A stretch of 64,000 nucleotides of DNA, from positions 211,358,001-211,422,000 of the forward strand of contig OX597814.1 in assembly GCA_951406725.2 (NCBI GenBank), written 5' to 3'. The DNA is from Octopus vulgaris (lineage: Eukaryota). A program made the position numbers and the translations under genes. Of this stretch, positions 26,902-38,155 are shown in pieces. How positions within the stretch are numbered: the first letter of the stretch is position 1; each line of letters opens with the position of its first letter. The notes beneath the pieces were generated by a model. The model was given only the letters and a program-made list of their open reading frames with translations, had not been told where the DNA came from and did no database searches.

Positions 26902-27332
26902 TATATTATACGAATGAATATAGATCACAGCCTGGTCACAAAAAACGCACACACAATCGTATGTATATTTATGTAAACGAATATACGTATATATGCTTAT
27001 GTATATACTCATAGATATGTATTATCACATGTATAACCAGTAAAAATAAAAGTCCTATTGTATGAAAACATCTGGTAGTTGATACAGCGAGAGGAACTTC
27101 GAAGAGCACGCTATAAGTTTATTACGTAGGTAATATTACATGTATGTATGTATGTATGTATGTATGTATGTATGTATGTATGTATGTATGTATGTATGCA
27201 TGTATGTGTGTTTGTATCTATGCATCTATATATTTATCGATCAGTATCTGTGTGCGTGTGTTTGTATATGTATACACACACACATGTAGATAGAGACATA
27301 TATATATAGAGATACATAGATTAGATATAATC

Positions 27333-27386
<54 letters not shown>

Positions 27387-27879
27387 CATAAAGATACACA
27401 CACATTTATCCATATTTACATATACATATATGCAGGTGTGTATGCATATATATATATATTTAGAGATAGAGAGAGATCGTTTAATTATGATGTCTGTGCA
27501 TGTGTATGTGTGTAGCTTAGTAGTTTGCGTGTACGGGTACGCAAGATTCCTTCCATAGAATCTATGTCTTGGAACGTATGAATATAGGAATGCATGAAGG
27601 AACGAATAAAGTTGAATATAAAACGAATAAATATACAAATGAATATATAATTAAATAAAGGCTGATCATCAATCAGAGACTGTAACTGATTGTTAAGTAG
27701 ATGAGTAGTATATTATGCGGTGATGTCAGTCAGGAAGCGTTGCCATCGATAATTAGTAGATTTCTTTCCTCACAAAAACACAAGTGCACCACCCATCACC
27801 TATGCCAGGCATTCTTATTCCTATCACAACATGCATGAAGAGAAATGGGAGAGAAGGGGCAGAAGTAGCTACAGCAACA

Positions 27880-27958
27880 GCAGCAGTAGCTGTGGTACTA
27901 ATAGTAGTAGTGTTAGTAGTAGTAGTGTTAGTAGTAGTAGTAATAGTAGTGGCAATAA

Positions 27959-27990
<32 letters not shown>

Positions 27991-28213
27991 CAAGTAGTAA
28001 TAGTAGTAGTAGTAGTAGTACAAGTAGTAGTAGCGATGGTGGTAGTGATGGTGGTGGTAATGGTGGTGGTGGTGGCGGTGGTAGTAGTAGTAGTATTAGT
28101 AGTAGTTGTAGCGACGGTGGTAATGATGGTGGTGGTGGTGATGATGGCTGTGATGGTGATGATGCCGGTGATGGTGATGATGCCGGTGATGGTGGTGATG
28201 GTATTGATAGTGA

Positions 28214-28277
<64 letters not shown>

Positions 28278-28325
28278 TGGTGTTGCTGTTGTTGTAGTTG
28301 TAGCCGTAATAGTAATAGTTGTAGT
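27880..28325. repeat. Compound (GTA)n/(GTG)n/(GAT)n microsatellite
   Basis: Visible directly. It explains the poly-V, poly-T and poly-S ORFs. Confidence 0.95.
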
Positions 28326-28847
28326 GGGAGGAGGACGGGGAACGGGCAGAAGTGAAAGGAACAACATCAGGAACAAGGACAATAATGGCGGTATCATCAG
28401 TAACATCAATACTGAAAATAACAACTACAACACCAAGAATATAAACAGCAGCACACAAAAAAAAAACATGCTAAAAATAATAAATTAATCAAATAAAAAC
28501 ATTTATTGTAGAGAAGTTGTCATCAAAATATGCTTGGGGATGCTCGTTTTGCTGGAAATAGCTACAAAATGGTTTATAGGATTAATTATAGTAGAAATGA
28601 ATGAATGAATGAAGGAATGAAGGAATGAAAGAATAAATAAATAAAGAACTGCATATTGGATTATATAAACCTAGATTCTCCGTTCCCGATGTAAGGAGAT
28701 AAGGAGATAGTCAGAATTGGATCACATTTGATTATCGATTTGCCTGATTTGGGCTTATCTCGAGGGTGAAAACTTAACTACAAACAACAACACTACAATT
28801 TTACGAAGCTACTACAGCATCGAACACCAAACATACCGCTAGTGTTA

Positions 28848-29065
28848 AAGGAGATCTACACCAAAGCAAGTCCCAAGCTTGGTTTAAAAAGGAGGAATGA
28901 GTGCTCTGCATAGAGCTAAGGAGCTCATCTATTAATGAAATTCACCTGCTATAGAATCAATCAGCATGAGCCAAGATATTTCTGATAATCCTGACCTAAT
29001 CAGGTTGTCGAAGGAAGATGTTTATGTATAGGGTCACCAATGCCAGGTCGTGTTACCCGTTATAC
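28848..29065 (+). mobile_element. Decayed 5' end (UTR plus ORF start) of an R4/Dong- or RTE-type LINE
   Basis: GTCCCAAGCTTGGTTTAAAAAGGAGGA..GAGCTAAGGAGCTCATC resembles the GTCCCAAGCCCGGATAAAGGAGGAGGG 5' UTR motif as I recall it. ATG at 28966 starts MSQDISDNPDLIRLSKEDVYV*GHQCQVV. Confidence 0.35.
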
Positions 29066-29404
29066 TCAAAAATAAAAGCTAAGAGCTGTCAGACATTGAT
29101 AAACTTCCACAATAGGAGAGCATGAGACATTGCTCCTCATTTAGTATTGCGGGCCGCAACACTAAAAAAAAATCCAAGGTAGTTTTTGGTTCGGCGTGCA
29201 GTTCAGGAAGACTTGAAAATTGCAGTACACCCATGACTTTTATACGTGGTCCTGCACCTTCTTGAAACAGCAATTATATTCTACATCATTATAATCGCCA
29301 CGAATCGCAACAAGAATAACATCTATATTCATGCACTATTATTTATACGATACACATGTCTGGTGAAAGAGAGCTAGGGATAAAACCACTACACTAAAAC
29401 AATA

Positions 29405-29740
29405 ATTCTTTCTGTTTTGGCACAAGGTTGGAAATTTGGTGCATGGAGATTAGTCGATTGCATCGACACTAGTGTTGAACTGGTGCATTAATAAAATAAT
29501 AACAATAAAGGTAAAGTCGACCTCTGAGTGATTTCAACTTGCAACATAAGGAGGGACGTAATGCAGCCTAGAATTGCTAATAATTTTAGCATCGCTGAAT
29601 TGCTCCACTTGTGGTACAGAGCCGGCACGTTGTGAGAGGCGGGGGAGTTAATTCCTTCAATCACATTACATGAGTACCAGTCAAATACTGGAGTCAATGG
29701 ATCGATTTAGCCCCCACCCTCAAAAACTGCTGAACTTCTA
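29405..29740. mobile_element. Two decayed family A SINE fragments, minus (29405-29600) then plus (29636-29740)
   Basis: GGTAAAGTCGACCTC and TTAGTCGATTGCATCGAC in reverse; GAGTACCAGTCAAATACTGGAGTCAATG forward. Confidence 0.6.
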
Positions 29741-29749
29741 TCCATCCCT

Positions 29750-30200
29750 AACACTCTTGTCTGCCTCAACGTGACCAGTGTTCGGCCAAGTCTGACTTTT
29801 CTTTCTTAGTTCGACTACCATCCGTGCAACATCTATATTCCTTCCCATGCCTGTCATCAGGTATGTTCCTGATGTAAGGCTTTACTTCCACACACGCCAG
29901 CTTAATTTAATTCGTCCTTAGTCGAAAGACACCTGTTATTAATGTACACTTATTTGCATTTGTGTTTGTGTAGCATTTCCCCGCTTTTTCCCGTCCTTGT
30001 TTTCGTTAATATTCGCTGCTTTCTTCCAAGTAATCTAGTGCCCATTGTATAGATTTTACTTGGGGCTTCCCATATTGGAGCAATCTCAAGTATAACCAGT
30101 CGAAATTGCAAAAATAATCTGGAACTCGACTGACGAAAACTCCAGGTGACCCGCCCTTGTTTATTCTTGTCCCTTTTTTGTATCATATATGTGATTTTGT
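29750..30200 (+). mobile_element. PLE pseudo-LTR-like remnant
   Basis: CAACGTGACCAG..CGGCCA..CTTTCTT parallels 16770-16800 on the minus strand. CCTGATGTAAGGCT...AGTCGAAA is a decayed hammerhead-like core. Confidence 0.35.
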
Positions 30201-30202
30201 GC

Positions 30203-30254
<52 letters not shown>

Positions 30255-30393
30255 GTGTGTGTGCTAGTGTGAGTATGTGTGGGAGGTTTTTATGTTCTTT
30301 AAATGGCTTATAAACACCTTCCACGCTTTAATTGTATTTTTGTTTCAGTACACGATCTCAGATCTTGTCACTTGCTAGGGAAGTACATTTCGG

Positions 30394-30461
<68 letters not shown>

Positions 30462-30527
30462 ATATATTGGTAAAAACGGTATTATATAAAAAGAAAGAAA
30501 GTGACCTCAATATTATGTAAATAGAGA

Positions 30528-30600
30528 TGGCCAGATAACCGAAGAGATGGTGGTGTGGATTTCAACCTCAGCATCCGAAACTCAGAGTTTTATCTTGGCT
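30528..30600 (+). ncRNA. Degenerate type I hammerhead ribozyme in a short PLE-like stub flanked by (TA)n
   Basis: Helix I GCCAGAUAA / UUAUCUUGGC. Core CCGAAGA at 30539-30545 (U4C change). Helix II GAUG...CAUC. GAAA at 30577-30580. Helix III ACUC-A-GAGU. GUU triplet ending 30589. Confidence 0.6.
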
Positions 30601-30635
30601 ACCGAATAAATGTCAATATTATTTTACAGATATAC

Positions 30636-30677
<42 letters not shown>

Positions 30678-30719
30678 GTGCGTGTTTGTGTGTAAGTATG
30701 TATGAATGCATGAATGTAT

Positions 30720-30905
30720 TTGTGTGCCAGTGCTTGACCCCAACCATCGCTTGACAACCGATGTTGGGATGACTTAGCAGTTTGGCAAAGACCCCGAGAG
30801 AATAAGTACTAGGCTTACAAATAATGAGTCCTGGTGTCGAATTATTCGACTAAAGGCGGTGTTCGTGTATGGCCGCTGTGAAATGACTGAAACAAATAAA
30901 ACAAT
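30720..30905 (+). mobile_element. SINE family B, 3' half
   Basis: ATCGCTTGACAACCGATG...GAATAAGTACTAGGCTTACAAA...GACTAAAGGCGGTG..AAATGACTGAAAC matches 26215-26385. Confidence 0.85.
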
Positions 30906-30920
30906 AAATGAATATATATT

Positions 30921-30974
<54 letters not shown>

Positions 30975-31019
30975 CATATATTCATATATATATATCATCA
31001 TCACCATCAAATGTATTGC

Positions 31020-32280
31020 CGTGTGAAAATCCTGGTATCACCTTCTTTAAAGAATATAGTACATCATTATTTAACGTGTTATTTTCTAAAACATCAAAGT
31101 TGGACTTGATATTTGTTCGTTAACTCTACTATTTCACAGTGCCGAATAGTGGTCTCTCTTTGTTTTGATCTTTATTGGTACTGTTTATTTGTAGCTTCGT
31201 TTTTATCATTCAAACAGTCATTTATAGCTGACATAATTGTGTTTGTATTTTGTTCTGAGTGCAAATTTTATAATAGAGGATCCTTGACTTTGATCCATCG
31301 GCGTGAGATAACATACTGATTGTGATCAATATTACTGACTGTTCCCCACACAGGATGCATGATGTCTAATTTTGATGTCTTTATATATCAGCTTCTTTGG
31401 ATTACTCATGGTCTAAGAAATTTGGTAACAATTTCTTTATTTCAAAATTTTCCTTCATTTTATTGATATTTTTTTGCAGAATAATGCCACGTCTCAAGAT
31501 TGCTGTCTTCTGAACATCAACATATAGGTTTCCAATGCGGTTTTCCTATTTTTTCTGCTCTATTTCACTGTTAACAGAGCTCATAAGATTAAAGAGGATA
31601 TCCGTGTTTATAGACTGTATCTTGTATATTTCTATCGCTCGATATTGTTTCGTTTCTGTTTTTATATAATGATAATATTTTGATATTATTTCGTTTGGTA
31701 TTCTCTTTATGACACGAATGGATTGCAGTATTTCCATATCCCGTATATTATGATGATATCAGCGGGGTTAATACACTACTTTTATGTATTTCCATATGCC
31801 TCTAAATTCTATATCTGTACTGATATGATAAAAATATGTCGATGTATGCTTGTGCCATATTTTTCTGTTAGTTTTCAGGTATGTACATATTTTTTTCTTC
31901 TATAAGAAGCACCTGAATTCTTATTTGATTTACTATGAATGATCCATTGCGGGATATAGGTAGAAACAGGTCTCTCCCCTCATCTAAAAGACAACCAGCG
32001 AAACATTTGTGATTTGTGATTTTCTTCAATACATATATTTTGGTCATAACGAGTATGCAGTAGTAAAATCTTACGCTTAAAAGTTTGCCATTCTCCTGAG
32101 TGTCTTCAAGACAGAATTAGCTCTATTGTTTTGTACGCAATCGTGTTTATTCCGTCGCTCTCTGAATTAAATTTTGAGAAAATGTTATTCCCATGTTGTA
32201 TTCATTCTAAAGAGCTTTGTATGTTACCACTTACGTTCTGTTTCTTGTTTTTCGTTTTATAATCTATAGATAGCTGTGTT
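31020..32280 (-). mobile_element. Possible very old RTE-like RT fossil
   Basis: Non-microsatellite stretch with faint minus-strand RT-like order (ADIII-like near 31760, followed by MEILQ). No intact motif. Confidence 0.25.
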
Positions 32281-32344
32281 ATTTAATTAGTTTCAACCAA
32301 CGCGTTCAATACCATGCTAGATCACTGACAACAATATATTCATA

Positions 32345-32674
32345 CCTGCAGGGTCGATAAAATCAAGTACTAGAGAAAAATAACCAACTCACAATTCTGG
32401 CCTTGTGCCTAAATTGGACACGATTATAATTATTGCAGTAACGAAATGGCAGAATAGTTAGCACGCTGGACAAAGACAAAATGCCTGGAGGTATTTCGTC
32501 CGTGTTTACAGTCTGAGTTCAAATTATACCAAGGTTGATTGTTCCTCTCGTCTTTTAGGGGTCGATGAAATAATTACCTGTCGAAAATTGGTGTCGATGT
32601 AGTCCATTACCCTCGATCCCTGGAATTGCTGGGCTTGTGCCAAAATTTGAAAGCAATATTTTTATTATCATTTT

Positions 32675-32770
<96 letters not shown>

Positions 32771-32776
32771 CATCAC

Positions 32777-32808
<32 letters not shown>

Positions 32809-32995
32809 TGAATTCGGTGATCTGACAGAATCGTATTTCATCTGTTACTACGTCCTGAGTTCAAAATCCGCCGACGTCGGCTTTGCCTTTCATCCTTTCG
32901 GGGTCGAAAATTTAAGTACCAGTGAAACACTAGCCTTGATGTAATCGACTCATCCCCTCACTCTAAACCGTTGCCCTTGTGGAAAAATTTGAAAC
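32345..32995 (+). mobile_element. Cluster of three family A SINE copies/fragments around an (AAT)n-(ATT)n tract
   Basis: Core words at 32351 (GGGTCGATAAAATCAAGTAC), 32436-32655 and 32815-32995 (CTTTGCCTTTCATCCTTTCGGGGTCG). Confidence 0.8.
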
Positions 32996-33109
32996 CCTTA
33001 CTATTATTATTATGATTATTATTTTTATTATTATTGTTGTTATTGTTGCTGCTGCTCTTGTTGTTGTTTCTTTTGTTGCTATTGACATGTTTATTTTCAA
33101 GCTCCAAAT

Positions 33110-33470
33110 TGTCATTATATTTTATTCATTACCAAATGAACTTTGTTTCATTGGAGTAGTAAAAAACAGACATTTTAGTTTATCTAAAGACGGTTTGCCT
33201 CCAATGCTGGTTATAGAGAAAAGAATGTTCGTTTCTACAGAATTCTTTTTGTTTTTATTTGGTTACAAAATTTATCGATATTTCACGTTCAAACTGTCTA
33301 CCAAATACGCCCACTGTGTAACCAAATCTAATATAATGTAAAGCAAAAAACCAAACAGAGATAGTACAACATCAAATTACGGTATAGAATGAATATTAAC
33401 GACAAAAAGATGAAAATGAACATTTAATAGAAAACTTTATTATTTAAAATATTTCAGCAAATAATTGTCA
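33110..33470 (-). mobile_element. Ancient RTEX/L2-like LINE 3' fossil
   Basis: Minus frames: FGRQFEREISINF..KEFCR..HS....GNE*KNIM, resembling FKxxFExExY..FCRFRxSNH..GDExHY. Confidence 0.4.
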
Positions 33471-34459
33471 CGAAAGCGGCTTGAAAGATAACAACACTCA
33501 TAGACAGATGTCAGAGTTACCTTCATAGGAATAAGTATAGAAATGGTACTAAGGAAGCAAGCTATGCTGCTCTTGTTGCACATAGTTTGGCCTGGCTAGT
33601 TCACCAGCCATCTAGGTCTGGACATAGCCAAAAAAAACACAAAACAATTAGATAAAAATAACATATGGAACTGGGAAATAAAAGGGTGACGAAAGGTTAA
33701 ATTTCAAAAATGTTTGGATCTATGTCTTCAGTTCCGTTCTGCAAAAGATGAACTCCTGAGAGATAAGCAGGCACTTGACATAAAATGATGTTGCAAATAT
33801 GCCCGGAAGGTGACAGACTTGAAGCAGAATAGTGCGCAAGTGATGGCGTCGAGACAAAGGGTCTGCGGCCTAAAATACTAGATTTGTTATAAATGTAGTA
33901 ATAGAAAGTAGCGCGTTGGCGTTTTACACGTAGAACTTGATAGACTAGCGAACGGAAAGGTCACCAAATTCAGTTTGCACCATTTTATAACACACAATCA
34001 GTTACATCCCCTGAAATGGCAGAGACATTTACTTCGTGCCCGAGCGTGACTCTATTACTGAAATGTAGCACTCGAACGACAACATAACTGCTCTTTCATG
34101 GTGTGATCAGAAAAAAGATAATGATGAGAGAAGTTACTTTCTAACTGTCGAGAAATATACAAGAAAATGAAAATACAGCGAGAGTAGAAGATTAAATATA
34201 AACTGCAATAGAAGAGGAGCACTTCACCAAACAGCAATGTTAATTCACAGCCGAACTTTGATAGTGACATTTCGCAGAAAGACAAGAATGTCATTTCGTA
34301 GAATAATAATGACGGTTGAGATAGAAAGATCGAAAAATAAAATTTCATCAGTTTTCGAAAGTCGATTGAACAGAATCGGATATAACTTGGTTATTTACTG
34401 AAACACAAAACACAATTCGAAATCGGAACTGTTACCTTACGACACAGAGTCCAATATAT

Positions 34460-34855
34460 TCTTTTCTACTCTAGGCACAAGGCCCAAAATTTTGCGGAAG
34501 GGGGATCAGTGGATTAGATCATCCCCCAGTACGCAACTGGTACTTAATTTATCGACCCTAACAGGATGAAAGGCAAAGTTCACTTCGGTGGAATTTGAAG
34601 TAAGAACGTAAAGACAGAGAAAAACTTATTTCTTTACTACCCACAAGGGGCTAAACACAGAGGGGACAAAAAAGGACAGCAGACAAACGGATTAAGTCGA
34701 TTACATCGACCCAAGAGCGTAATTGGTTTTTAATTTATCGACCCCGAAAGGATGAAAGGCAAAGTCGACCTCGGCGGAATTTGAACTCAGAACGTAACGG
34801 CAGACGAAATACGGCTACGCATTTCGCCCGGCGTGCTAACGTTTCTGCCTGTTCA
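34460..34855 (-). mobile_element. SINE family A, dimeric form
   Basis: Same two-unit, two-tail architecture as 14971-15372, in reverse. Confidence 0.9.
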
Positions 34856-34944
34856 CCTCTTTCCAGAATCCAACATATTAACAAAGAAACACACGCCTTC
34901 CCCAACACACGCATGCGCGTATTTGTTTAAAGCTTTTTACTTAA

Positions 34945-35194
34945 TCTATCGATCTCTTTTACCGAGCCGCTAGGATACGGAGACATAAACAGACCAACAC
35001 ATGTCGTCAGTCAGTGGGGCGGGGACAGAGACACAAAGGTAGACACTAATACATATATATAGCATTTCCGTCTACCGGATCCACTCACAAGGCTTTGGTC
35101 GGCCAGAGTTCATAGTAGGCGACAGTTGCCCAAGGTGACACGCAGCGGAACTGAACCCGGAACTGTGTGGTTGGGAAGCAAAGTACTTACCACG

Positions 35195-35195
<1 letters not shown>
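34945..35195 (-). mobile_element. SINE family B, degenerate
   Basis: TTTCCGTCTACC..ATCCACTCACAAGGCTTTGGTCGGCC..TTGCCCAAGGTG..CTGAACCCGGAAC. Confidence 0.85.
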
Positions 35196-35238
<43 letters not shown>

Positions 35239-36556
35239 TACATACATATATACATATATACGCACACATGCACACACATTTATACCTGATTAATATCTTA
35301 TACGTACGTACGTACTTATGAACGTATTTATGAATGTGTAAGTGTATGAAGGTACATATATATCATTAAATACTTTACGTGTATATATATGAGTGTGTGT
35401 ATGTGTGTGTGCGTGCGTATACATATGTTTGTGTATAAGTGTATAAATGTGTGTGTGTCTCTATGCATCGCTGTACCACTGCATGTAAGGAACTTCATTA
35501 CGTACTTGAATTTCATTTAACTTTAGTTTTGTAATTTATTTCAATGGGTCTAAGAACAAAGCCAATACAACAACAAAAACTTCACATAAAAAGGAATTAC
35601 TCGTAAGACAAAAACGGATAAAAGACATTTGAAGTGGATGGCGCTAATATTGTAAACACACACACACACAGACACGCTATTCTTTTATCTTCTCTTAACA
35701 TGTTCTATGTGATTTGGCGAACAAAAGCAAGGCGGCGAAAGATAGACATATCGACGAAGTGATAGATTTACTATCGGGAGATTTTGGAGACGTCGAGAAA
35801 CAATGTCAAAGAGTGACTACTAAGACAAAGACTGCGTTAAAGAATGAGTGAGGCAATGAGGAAAACGAAGGAAACACTATAAGACACTATGAGAAAAACG
35901 AAGCCGGAGATCACAAGAACGATGGAGAGTGGGAGGAAATGCGAGAAAGAGAAGAGAGTAGGACTGGGTATGATAGCTGAAGACATTTGGAGAGAGAAAG
36001 AGACAGACAGAAGGAGAGATAATGAGAGAGAGAGGCAGAGAGACAGACAAAATAGAGACAGTCAGACGGACATATAGACAGACAAATAGTGTTTTCATGT
36101 GAAATGTGTGTATGTGAGTGCATGGGACATTTTACGAATATGAATATTTCATAGAGGATTAATTCAGAGTAGAAATAATAAAGAGGGGGAAGGAGGGATA
36201 GTAGATGGATGAAATTTTGAGAGAAAATATAGAGGGATATATACAACATGACAGAGAGGCAACAAATGTTTATGATTTTCAAGATACCTTTGAATGAGGA
36301 AAGAGTTGTAAGAGTGAAACGCCGAGAATAATTAGAAGCACTATGCAGAATCGGTGGAGGAATGGTGCTGGGTGTTTAAAGTACCGAATAAACACAAAGA
36401 AAGACGAAATATAAGAGGAAGATGTGGCAAATGTAAAAGGGAAGAAATGTCGATGATACGACATCGAGATAAAGAAGCTTGAATATCTGATTATTTTCTC
36501 TCATTCAATTCCTCCTTACCTCTCACCCCTCTTTCTCGCCCACTCTTTTACTGTAT

Positions 36557-36557
36557 G

Positions 36558-36615
<58 letters not shown>

Positions 36616-36698
36616 CCTCTATCTATCTATCTAACTATATATGTATCTAACTATCTATCTAACTATCTATCTATCTATCTATCTATCTATTAATCTAT

Positions 36699-36768
<70 letters not shown>

Positions 36769-36850
36769 GTCTATCTATCTGACTAACTATCTATCTATCT
36801 ATCTATCTATCTGACTAACTATCTATCTATCTATCTATCTATCTGACTAA

Positions 36851-36892
<42 letters not shown>

Positions 36893-36930
36893 GACTAACT
36901 ATCTATCTATCTATCTATCTATCTGACTAA

Positions 36931-36966
<36 letters not shown>

Positions 36967-37010
36967 ATATCTGACTAACTATCTATCTATCTATCTATCT
37001 ATCTGACTAA

Positions 37011-37055
<45 letters not shown>
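36557..37055. repeat. ~500-bp (CTAT)n [GATA] array with recurring CTGACTAA variants
   Basis: Visible directly. Confidence 0.97.
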
Positions 37056-37699
37056 AGTGTATCACTTAGGAGAGTGAATGCAAGTTTTCTATTAATCAGG
37101 AATTACACTATATATTGTGTGTATGCATGGAAGTATACACGTATGGTTACATATACATACATGCAAACACACTCAGATACACACACACTTATATATTGTA
37201 TGCATGTATATACAAATATATACACACTATAATTGTTGTTGTTTTTTTATTGTTAAAAATAATGTTGTTGACAGTGGCTTCAAAGTTTCTGACAGTTAAG
37301 CAATCATTAAAATCAAACATTAATACACACATACACACACAAACACATGCATATATATGTAGATTGATATGGCTATAGATATAAAAAAAAATTCTTAAAG
37401 AAATACATAAACATACATAGATACACTCGTAGTCATAAACTGACAAATATACAAGCAGTCATATAGAAATTCTTAATAATACACGGCATCTTGTTCTATT
37501 TATAGTCATATCTCATCAGAGAAACAAGAATATTGATGCAGCACCAGATTTTAAATGCTCAAAATAAAAGGAATAATAGTATGTAATGTACATCTATCTG
37601 CTACTTCATCAATGTGTTCGATTGGCAAGATACAGCTCAAGAGAACAGATCAGCAAGTTGAATTTCCAGCCGCACTTTTAGAATTGATTTGACATAACA

Positions 37700-37835
37700 A
37701 GAGTGCTTCCCAACTACACATTTCTAGATTCAGTTCACTGCATGGCTCTTTGGGTGAGTGTTTTCTACTATAGCCCCAGGCTATAGTAGAAAGCCTTGCG
37801 AGTGGATTTAGTACATGGAAATTGAATGAAGCTTC
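37700..37835 (+). mobile_element. SINE family B, 5' part
   Basis: TTCAGTTCACTGCATGGCTCTTTGGGTGAGTG..CTACTATAGCC..AAGCCTTGCGAGTGGATTT. Confidence 0.75.
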
Positions 37836-37867
37836 GGTTTCTGTCAGTTTTCTACCTGAAATAATCC

Positions 37868-38075
37868 TTGTTTTCTATAGGTTCAAGTCCTGAAGTATTA
37901 TGGGAGGATATTTGTCAAGCTCATCGACTCCCAGTTTTTGGCCGGTACTTATTTTATCAACCCCAGAAGGAAGGAAAATGGAGTAGACCTAGATGGAATT
38001 TGAACTCAGAAGGTAACGAATGGGAAGAAATGCCGCTAAGAATTCTGTTCGGCTAGTTTACGTTTCTGCAGGTCA
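37868..38075 (-). mobile_element. SINE family A, degenerate
   Basis: GGTACTTATTTTATCAACCCC..GAAGGAAA..GGAATTTGAACTCAGAA. Confidence 0.75.
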
Positions 38076-38085
38076 GTTCACAGTT

Positions 38086-38154
<69 letters not shown>

Positions 38155-38155
<1 letters not shown>

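Noticed and set aside
27753-28488. Long ORFs (223-234 aa) that look mucin-like or poly-V
   Set aside because: Read-through of GTA/GTG/GAT microsatellite, open in several frames on both strands, with no domain or splice evidence.
36557-37055. CRISPR-like periodicity
   Set aside because: Simple GATA tetranucleotide array with variant units, no unique spacers, eukaryotic context.
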